A stretch of DNA of 64,000 nucleotides from Tubulanus polymorphus (taxonomy: Eukaryota > Animalia > Nemertea): NCBI RefSeq assembly GCF_964204645.1, contig NC_134026.1, forward strand, positions 27,376,150 through 27,440,149. Reading direction: 5' to 3'. The notes under the pieces were generated by a model that saw only the letters and a program-made list of their open reading frames with translations, did not search any database and was not told where the DNA came from. This document shows positions 1 to 9,453 of the stretch, piece by piece (position 1 is the first letter of the stretch; each line of letters begins with the position of its first letter). The translations under genes were made by a program, and so were the position numbers.

Positions 1-98
1 TCCATTGTATTTGATAATGAATTATACGATTTTTATTCAGTAGTCTGTGTCTATACTGTTAAGTTAGCAATTCATTAAACCTGCTACTTATTTTGTAG

Positions 99-2280
99 TT
101 GGTTATAGAACTGTGGCGTTGGACAATTTTGTTGAAGACCTCATGGCAATGAAGAAGTCTAAAAAGGGCAAAAATGAGGAGGTAATAGTGGTTGGGTAGA
201 CTATCTATCTCTAAAAATAGTAAATAAAAGGATCAAGTCAGGATGACTGGGTCCAGGAAACAATCTGTTAATCAATATGTATTTTTGAAAATGCACTTGT
301 TATGCTTTTGCTTTCTCATAGATCAAAGTAATTGACCCGGAATCACTGAAAATACCAGTTGATAAAGAACTCGAGAAATATTTCAAGGTAATTAATGATA
401 AAAAGACTGATATCGAAACACAACCTTCATCATCAAAAATGATGTATTGATTCCTTTTCAGAGCACAGCTGGAGGCAATGTAAAACAATACACTAGATTA
501 ACCACAGTTCTACATGACCCAGGAGTAAGAAGAAGAATGGTATGAATTCTATTATAGGGTTTACATATACCAGTATATTGAGATTTGATAGTTAATTCCG
601 TCTTGTCTCAAATTATAGCAAAATCCTGATGTGCAAAAGTATGATATCTTAGCTGTTCAGCCTACTGATGACAAAATGTTTTTAGTAAGTGTTCTGGATA
701 AGAATTAACCAAATGATTGTCATTCTTTGAAACATTGTTTTAATTCCATTGTAGTTGGCATGTCAGCAATGTGATGTTGATATCATTTCCCTGAAGCTAA
801 CTTCTAGATTGGATTTTAACGTTAAACGCAAAATAGTTAAATTAGTAAGTTAAAAATTCGTTGAACGTCTAAGACAATGCCTTTAATCATAGTAGTGAGA
901 TTTTGATTATTTGTTCTAGGCTGTGGAAAGAGGAATCCATTTCGAAATAAGTTACAGTCCAATGATTACAGATAGCTCATCTAGGCAACAAGTACTGTCC
1001 AATGCCTTAGAACTCAATAAAGTTTGCAAAGGAAAGGTAGGTCTCTACAACAGATACAATGTACAAATATTTTTGTCTTGAAGAAAAGTTGAGTTTGTAC
1101 ATGGGATTTCCAATTATTTGTATTTTTAGAACATCATAATCTCCAGTCAAAGTGAAAAGGTAAATAATACATGTTTATCAGTTTGCTTAGTTCAGCATTC
1201 TCAGAAAACTACATTGATTATGTAAATCATTGATGTGATTGCCAAACCTGTACTAGTAGCCTAATTGGTAAAGCGGTCTGTAATTTTGCAGAGAGTTGTG
1301 GGTTCAAATCCCACCTGGTATTTGGCTTCACATTCAATGTTTTTTTACTGAAGGACTGAAGCTAGAATTATATTTTGAATAACCATTAAATAATCTAATT
1401 TCAGACATCAGTTTGCCTGTACATAATTTAATTTCTATTTTGCAGTTTATGGGTGTGAGGAGCTACTACGATGTAAAGAATCTGTATCCTTTTAATTTGA
1501 TGAATATTATTATTTTATTCTTTTGTTGTTTGTAATCCTTCATTCATCACAGTTGTTGTCTTTTTGGAATGTCTGAAAAAGAAGCAAAGGATGCTCTCAC
1601 AGTGAACTGTGCTGCAGTGTTAAAACATGCAGGTGAGTACAAATACATGTATTTTAGTCAACTAGAACTAATCTTAAATCCATATCACTCAGTGCCAAGC
1701 TTTTTAGTATGGATTAAGTGATATATGGATTATAGATAATCCATAGTTCTACAAATTTTACCTAATTGGAACTATGATGTTAGCCTATAACCCGTATGAT
1801 AGCCTGTTTGGGTATACTGCAGTGCCTGTCCATACACAGTTACATTTTGAAATTTTGCTGCAAATATATGTTCTAGATTCCAGTGACACATTAATTTGGA
1901 CGAGACAACAACTACAGAATAAGTGATAATAGTACAGATCATCGAGTCTGAATTAGACAGCAACATGGGACCGATTTACCAAGGTTATTAACCCAGTAGT
2001 CAAGCTTTTACTTCATCCATTTTCAGCTATGAGGAAAAACCTTGTTAAAGGCGCTCTTTACGTGAGAAAACTTTCTGAGCCAAGCGTTCGAATGGACACA
2101 GAAAAAATTGATCAGGCAAAAGATTCTAATGACAATAAACAGTCTAATGAAACAAGTTTGTCTCAGAATATGCAAGGACATAAAAGGAAAATGGGTTATG
2201 TTGAGAATGAATTAACTCAGCAGGATAAATCAGTTAAAAATGACGAGGCCAAATTGGCAAAGAAATTAAAGAATGTTTAA
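99..2280 (+). CDS. RPP30: Ribonuclease P/MRP protein subunit p30, 5'-partial, multi-exon
   Basis: GT-AG exons 99-181, 322-387, 462-539, 619-684, 755-844, 920-1036, 1130-1159, 1446-1483, 1553-1632 and 2027-2280 splice in frame. They give GYRTVALD, YTRLT, KYDILAVQP, DVDIISL, AVERGIHFEISYSPMI, KGKNIIISS and RSYYDVKNLCCLFGMSE, all recognisable RPP30 motifs. AATAAA at about 2292. Confidence 0.92.
1251..1320 (+). other. tRNA-like element (pseudo-tRNA or tRNA-derived SINE head) in an RPP30 intron
   Basis: A box TAGCCTAATTGG and B box GGTTCAAATCC. T-arm GTGGG-TTCAAAT-CCCAC. Acceptor-like pairing TACTAG/CTGGTA. Anticodon-like arm TCTGT/GCAGA has a non-canonical 6-nt loop. Confidence 0.75.
1484..1552 (+). 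other. U12-type (minor spliceosome) GT-AG intron in RPP30
   Basis: 5' splice site GTATCCTTT and branch-like TCCTTCAT close to the AG, with no long pyrimidine tract between them. Removing it keeps the frame (VKNL/CCLFG). Confidence 0.8.
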
Positions 2281-3330
2281 TATTTTGTATCAATAAAAGA
2301 TTTATAGTTAATATACTATTTCATTGATGTTGATGAATTTGGCCAGCAGATATTCGACAGACTTCATGCTCCATCTATGACATTTATCCTGACTGATGTA
2401 AAATCCCTTAACACATACAAATTGATAAATAACAACAACTTATATTATAAATATCCTTTCATTTATTTAACAAACATTGAAATCTTTTCAGTTTTTGATC
2501 TAGCCTTGCCACAGAAAGATAGTAAGTAGTACATAATGGATTTAAACAAAAGTGCATTTATAATACATTGACAAGGTACATACACTGATAAAACCCAAGC
2601 TACCTAATAAATACTAATGTTACAATGTGACCATACTTAAATCCATCTTTAATTGTAAAGGATTAATTTATTCTATCGGGTCAAATAAGAAATGATAATT
2701 TATCAAGAGGAGAAATGTAACATAGTTGCGGAATGTCGACAACAAAAGACTTTATATAGATAATAATTATAGACACTTGCATAGCTTGTGGAAGTAGAAT
2801 CCTAATTTCTGCGATACAGCCAATTGATTGGTTTAAATGGATGGTTTGATAGATTCTTGGCGTTTTTGACAAACGTAAAAGGGAATTATGAAGCTACTGA
2901 CTATGTCACACCAGGGACTCATTCAATACTTGGTAGAACATTTTTAAACAAAATGCAAAATCAGAAAATTCTAGTTATTTTAAGACAAAAATTCTCATTA
3001 AGTCATTCAAGTACGGATTTAGATTACTTGCATTATAGATTAAACTATGGATCAAGTGAACTGCAAAAAGTTTTCTGTAATCGAACAGAAATTACCTTTT
3101 TGAATTTTTTGTAGTAAAAATACAGGGAAAATATATTTCAGAAAATTATATCTTGACATCAGATGCATATTACCGGTATGGTACTTTCAAACAGTCATAA
3201 CTTGAGTAGAAAAATATTTTTCATCTATAAAAATCTGTCGTTTAATCCAAAGGGAAAGAGAATAATAACCCAGTAACCCCTTAAGCTTGCAATTATCGTG
3301 TAACTAGTTTGAAATATGCAATGCAGGTTA

Positions 3331-3483
3331 CAGTGGATCCTCGTTATCAATTAACCTGCATATTATGATTTATCATGTATTAAAACAACAATAAATTTTG
3401 ACCCAAATGAAATAAATTGTTATTAATTTAATACTAGACAATAATTATAAGGCCCCAGGGGTTTGTTGTAACGAGGTTCCACT
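3331..3483. mobile_element. Short Tc1/mariner-pogo-type MITE
   Basis: Imperfect terminal inverted repeats TA-CAGTGGATCCTCGTTAT ... GTAACGAGGTTCCACT-TA, with TA flanks. Confidence 0.65.
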
Positions 3484-3537
3484 TACCGGTTACCATATAA
3501 AAGGTTTTTTCCTAAATGTACAAAAATGACCAGACTG

Positions 3538-6029
3538 TTAATAAAACCGTTTACTCCTGTAATCTTGTTTGTTTGAATAGACAAGAAATCCTACCATACC
3601 ACACACACCTACTCCAATAACTGACAGGATTATTATCAAAAGTAGTTTCCAGCCGGTCATTCGTCCACTAAAAAATCCTGGTTCTGGATCATCAGAGTGA
3701 ACTGAAAAAATACACAATTTTTTTCAACATCATTTACTGTTCTGAGTCAACTCATGACTGTCCTTATATCAGTACATTTACCGGTAATTTATTCATCCAG
3801 CTAAATAAAACTTACCCCTGGGAGCGGCAGCTTTGGCTGCTTCAGGAATAATTTTCGAGTAATCAGTTGTATCATCCTTCTGTTTAACAAATGTAAAATG
3901 TCACAAAAATAACCACAATTTTTATCAAGACATCAAAATAGATAGATATATTTACCTTGTGCGTTATATCTAATTCATAAAACTTTACAGACACAATATC
4001 ATGATTATCTGAAATAAAGCATGACATTTTGAAGTGACCCAAATAAGAAGTGAATGCATTATTTATTACGCTAGATTATTGTTCACTAACCAGCCAGTTC
4101 TCCTGTGGCTGCCGATGCTCCAATAAAATATCCAGTAGGTAACTTGATGCCGGAGACTTTAAAACATTCCTTCCAAGTTCCTTTATCATCAACATCCGTT
4201 GAAACCTCAAATAGTATATTGCATATACATGTATATAATGATATATTGCATCAAAAATTGTGGATTGTATTTTCAAGTTGTGCGGCACATGAACTGGATC
4301 AATATAAAATTATATCCTTACTGTGAGCGTGTTATCTGTATATCTCACTGCTAATAGTGTATCATAGTTTTTATTTCTAAATTGCGATTCACAACCATTC
4401 AGTTCTGTGTGCGTCCCATCCCGATCATGATCATAGTGAAGAGAGCCATTATTTATCATAGCCGATATGTACGGGTGTCCATGCTAAAAATATGCATATT
4501 TTATATATCATTCAATTCTAGAGTACCGTACATATAACAGTATTATTGATATGAAGTACTTATGTATTAGTGAAGCACAGCTTATGTTAATAATTTTGAG
4601 GATTTGGGTTGTTTATTTCAACTTACATTATGAGGTCCATTGTGGTTGCTATAGGTATCCAGGAATATTGCCAAACCAGTAAAATAATCTTTGCTTCCGA
4701 AGACATCACCTATTTAATAGGTAATAATTACGAATAACACAAAAGGTACATGTAATAGGGATATGTAAAAATGTAAACCGTGTCTGATAAGCTTGGAGAA
4801 AGCATTACGATCAAAATTATCATACCTTGAGTCAATCTTTCCTTTGTATACCAAAGGGCCATTCCATCACCAAACAATTCCTTCCCTGAACCATGAACTT
4901 TGAAATGAACATGCATTTCCCAGTCACGAACAAATACTGGCTGTAATAAAAATAAAACAACTAATGATAAGACAAGTTGGATGAGTAAGACTTGTTTCAA
5001 AGAAGTAAAATGAGAAAAGTTTTCTTTACTTTATTTCAATTATCTACATCAACACATTAGTTTCACAATTTCTAACCGCAAACCCAAATGATAAAACAGC
5101 AAATATTTTAGATACATGATATTTTAAAGTGACTCAGGTTTAGTGAGTGATTTATTGATTTGAGAAACAGCCAATATCCAATGAAATAAGTCCAACACAT
5201 TGTACAGGTGGCCTGTATTGTGTGGTGGATAAATCAATACTAATAATTGTAATGATGTTGACCATTATTGAATGAATTAAGATACATTTTTACGGCATAT
5301 TCAATGATATTCTGACAATGAAAATTAGAAAATACACATACATGTTTATTCCATAGACCTCCCTGTTTACTCTGATGATCAGGTGTTAGTCGAACATATT
5401 GATTAGTAACCATCGTACTGCCAATAAAATCCCATAAATTATCTGAAAATGTAAGAAATCGGTTTGTTACAAATAATATTTCTTTCAAGAGATTTGTCAT
5501 GTTGCAAACAAATGGCATACTTTAATTGACCTATCAGTCACGACACAGCCCAACAACAAGTTTAAGGAAGAGAACTATTTCCAGTTGACAAGGATTAGGA
5601 ATTTCATTATTGGCACAACTTGGAAGTTGTACTTGTAGTTAAAAAGGGCTGGTTAAAAAGTGTACCTCCTTTGAATAAATGTGAGATAATATAAGCTAAT
5701 TTTATGGAGGAGCATAGAATATAGTTAACATGGTTAATGAATTCAAAAGAAAGAATGAATTGATGCCGGTGTGTGATCAGATGATGAAATGAATTGAATG
5801 TATTGTAATTGTATGGTTGTTGATCGATCGGTCGACGAGTCGAATGGTGTGATCACTGGCGCATACGTTTCATTAAAACCAGTTTGAATATACATCATCT
5901 ACCTTGGTATGGTTTGACAAAAGTATGTTCTCGTTTAAGATAGTCTTTTGTATTCCATGTTCCATAGATGAGGCAGTAATTCGATAAATATAAAAGGAAG
6001 GTGAACAAAAACTCGCACGACGACGCCAT
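3538..6029 (-). CDS. LMAN2: VIP36/VIPL-like L-type lectin (LMAN2/LMAN2L), about 9 coding exons
   Basis: Signal peptide, then YLKREHTFVKPYQ, WDFIGSTMVTNQYVRLTPDHQSKQG, DWEMHVHFKVHGSGKELFGDGMALWY, and a C-terminal TM helix ending RSKRFY-stop (stop at 3538-3540). Confidence 0.93.
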
Positions 6030-6489
6030 TTCTCTCCAACGGTAACACATAAAACTCGGTGATGGCCTCTGGACTGACTCATTCACCCGTGCGGAAATAA
6101 AATCCGGATTAGGACTTTTAATGGAAATTATCAAAAGCCGGATCAGGACTATATTGCATCATCACAAACCCGCCCGTGCCGGACCGCAAGTATCTATCGT
6201 TCTTCGCCTCGAAACGATCGAATAAACAAAAAACACTGAATCTAACACCGTACACTGGCCTTAACATAACTTTATGATTGTGGTTCGTCTGAGAATAAAA
6301 TTCTTGATATTGATGGTCACTGGAGATCAACTTTCAGTTCTGGTTAAGATCAGTTTACGTTAAGATGATAGGGGACTTTCTGATTGGTGAATTTTTGCAC
6401 TCTTGCTTCGATGAGGTTCTTGATTGAAAAAAAATAACTAATGAAAGCATGTTTGGTTTTCTTTTGCGATTGGTTATATTTCATTAAGA

Positions 6490-7218
6490 TTGTACAAAAT
6501 TCACAACCCTAAATAATGCAAAAACTATGATAGTACAAAAAGTTATAGAATGCTAAAAGCCACTGAAAAGTTGCAAAATGCTATCAAAATATCATGCCAT
6601 GCTATGGGCTCAAATTGCCCGATTCTTAGTTTGCCATCGTCTGGCCAACTTGCATGACTTAAACACACATCGTCCAGATTAATCGATCGAATTTGATCGA
6701 TTTGAATTAGAATTCTAAATAAATCACCTTAATTGAAACTGTGTACATCGAATATGATGCCGAAAAACGGTACATTGGGTCCTCTAGTCATGGCCCCGGC
6801 GGACTCCATGATATTTTCTTTCTCCGATTGAATATATTTTATCAAAATTAGTACAAAATTCACTAGCAAACAATATCTATAAACAATGAAAAAACTATGA
6901 TAATAGAAAAAAAATTAAAATGCTAAACGCTATATCAAAAAAGAAACTAAAAGTTGTTAAATGCCATCAAAATATTGATTTTCCAAGCTGGGCTCAAATT
7001 GCCCGATTCTTCGTTTGCCATCGTCTGGCCAACTTGCACAACTTAAACATATCATCATCCAGATTAATCGATTGAATTTCGTCGATTTGAATAAGAATTC
7101 TAAATAAAACAGCTAAATTGAAACTGTGTACATGAATATGATGCCGAAAAAACGGTACATTGGGTCCACTAGGAATGGCTCCGGCCGATCGTGAAACAGC
7201 CTCTGGACTCCATGATGT
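6490..7218. repeat. Diverged direct duplication (about 6490-6813 and 6851-7218)
   Basis: Shared blocks such as GGGCTCAAATTGCCCGATTCTT, GTTTGCCATCGTCTGGCCAACTTGCA, GAATATGATGCCGAAAAA and GGACTCCATGAT occur in both copies. Confidence 0.9.
6610..6813 (-). pseudogene. Degenerate copy of the last exon of the adjacent secreted-protein gene
   Basis: Homologous to 6994-7218, but with an in-frame TAA (VHSFN-stop), indels and no splice acceptor region. Boundaries approximate. Confidence 0.7.
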
Positions 7219-8220
7219 TGGTGAAATGTTGAAGGAATTACGCTGAAAACCAGATATTTACAAAATGAATGAGTATATTGTTAAGAAACACGTATATGAT
7301 ACTACCACATTTTCAAATCATCAACTTTTATATTCACCATTTTTACTAATTTCTCAAGTGTCCAGTTCAGCGCCGTTTTCATTTCTGTTACTTTGTCCAC
7401 TTTTAAGTGATCGGTGCTTCGTTTTTTACGAAATTCTTCGGTCGTTATTTCGAGAAGATATTTATTATGTTGCATAAGTACACTAATTCGACTTACTAGA
7501 GCCTGCACAAAAGGAATAAGATATTCATTGAAATATCCATGTTAAGTCCCAAGTTACAATAATACGTATATCGAATACGAAGATACCTCAATCATCGCTT
7601 CGATGTTGTTGTATCGACTGTATCGTATGGCTGGGAGATCTGGTAGAAAACGGGCATTTTGAGTATTACTGACACTTATTTCTACAGCAGCACATTTAAC
7701 CATATTTCCCGGTAAATAGATTGAAGAACGCCTAGGTTGTATATCGTCTACTTTGTCTCCGTGAAGATTACACTGCAGAGGAAAATCATCATCGTTAATA
7801 AGAAAATCGAGATCTCGAGATCTATTTTTGTAATATCAACGAAAAGAAAATCTACTTACGTAATACTTGAAAGTTTCGTGAATTGATTGACTCAAGTTTT
7901 GCAAACCGATTTCATTCCGAACAGATTCGATGATTTGCTGGTGACATTTTCTGTTTCGTATCGGGCTGTGTTGTTGGTCTAGAACCGCCTGATAGGTACA
8001 CGTTGATGCACACATTACTGGCGGTTGTAGATGGTAGATCAACATTGCGCCGAGTAATAGAAATGATATTGCCCCTAAAACGATCGAAAATAGCATAAAA
8101 TCTTAAACTTTGGCATAAAGTTATGAGTTTAATTCTTATATTTGACGTCTGTATCCAGGCGATATTAAGCCTATAACTTCTGTCAAAACGCATACTGGCC
8201 CTGCTAACCCTACCTTCCAT
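6994..8220 (-). CDS. Predicted 273-aa secreted alpha-helical protein; candidate long-chain class I (IL-6/LIF/CNTF-like) cytokine
   Basis: Exons 8220-8214, 8074-7860, 7772-7587, 7502-7338 and 7242-6994 are separated by GT-AG introns of 139, 87, 84 and 95 nt (phases 1,0,0,0) and splice into one open frame. It starts with the signal-peptide-like MEGAISFLLLGAMLIYHLQPPVMCA. The gene model is well supported; the family assignment is inference. Confidence 0.72.
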
Positions 8221-8276
8221 TTCAGTATATTTGACCAGTATTGCTGAAGTTCTGGATTTGCGAATCATTTGGGCTG

Positions 8277-8284
8277 CTTTTATA
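8277..8284 (-). promoter_or_regulatory. TATA box of the secreted-protein gene
   Basis: TATAAAAG on the minus strand, about 57 nt upstream of the ATG at 8220. Confidence 0.55.
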
Positions 8285-9453
8285 TCATCCCTCCCTCGAT
8301 CATCCAAAATGGGACCTGAATTTCCCGGCTGGGAAACACCGGTCAAATATGTTAATTGTTGTCAGTCACAGTAATAGAAATACTCAGAATGTTTACATGC
8401 GGACGTAGAGTGAGTCCACTCACGGAAACCCCGAATTTCGTTCGGCAAAAGTCGGAAAATAAAAATATAGAACGGAGGTAACTTCAATACCGGATATCAC
8501 TCGTATCAATGGAACAGATTTTTCATTTTGAACGTGTTTCACAATTGAAAAGCATAAAACGATTTTTCGCACGCGGTTAAAAAACCCGCATTGAAATCTA
8601 AGTGACGTTGTGCAAGTTTTTAATTTAAAATGTGGGCCATGATTGAATGAGTTGCAACTGCAATGACTCTATCAATCTGGTTATACAAAACTCAACCACG
8701 TTGAAATAACACATGGATTTCCCCGCAAAATGGATCCATTTTCATGCAAACGATATTTCAAAATTTGACATAATGGAAAATTAATAGATTTCTCAAGAAA
8801 CGACTTGCTTTTGCCAAATGTATCAAAACACAGTGTGCAGATGAGTGGACGATGAGTAGACGAATATTCACAAGATTGAAATAACGCCTACGTTGATATT
8901 ATTGGGCCGGGTTTTCTATAGTACGTACGTAGGAAGATATCGTAGCCCGAAATAATTACCCTGCGCTCTGTTTCAACAGGCTTGTTTTAATTAAGTCAGT
9001 CAATGCAGGAGTACTTTAATGAAAGGGTTTTGCTGAGGCGCAATTGTATGAAAATCTTCAAAAGTCGTTTATAAAGAATTCATTCATGCGTCGTTCGTTT
9101 CATTAAGGCAAGTGTTTGAGCGCCGTTGCTACACTGTGACTATATAGGTGTTTGTGTATTATTCTCGTGCGCAGTACTGTCCTAATCAGAAGTGTATGAC
9201 AGTAAAATGATGATCGATTTAGGATGAATTCGTGGGACGATAGACATTTCCACATCGGGTAGATATCAGCAGGTAAGAATTACTTTTCATAAATGTGTAA
9301 AGTTTGATTCGTTACGAAAAAAATCGTTAGAAAACGCAAATTATTAGGAAGAAAATATTTCACAGTATGTTGTTTGCATTAGGTATATATATATCATATG
9401 ATATGAATTAATTACGAGCTATTCTGATGATGCTATTTTCATTGAAAAGCAAA

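Noticed and set aside
7047-7160. Alternative extra intron in exon 5 giving a shorter C-terminus (NSYSNRRNSID)
   Set aside because: Weak donor (GTACCG), and the unspliced frame is already open through a plausible final helix. It cannot be fully excluded without RNA data.
7240-7380. FAM167-like motif ALNWTLEKLVKMR in the secreted protein
   Set aside because: Only a short amphipathic-helix resemblance. FAM167 proteins lack a signal peptide and the flanking conserved motifs are missing.
7912-8346. 144-aa minus-strand ORF
   Set aside because: It runs through the TATA box and intron 1 of the spliced gene and uses a different frame in exon 2. The spliced model explains the splice signals and the signal peptide better.
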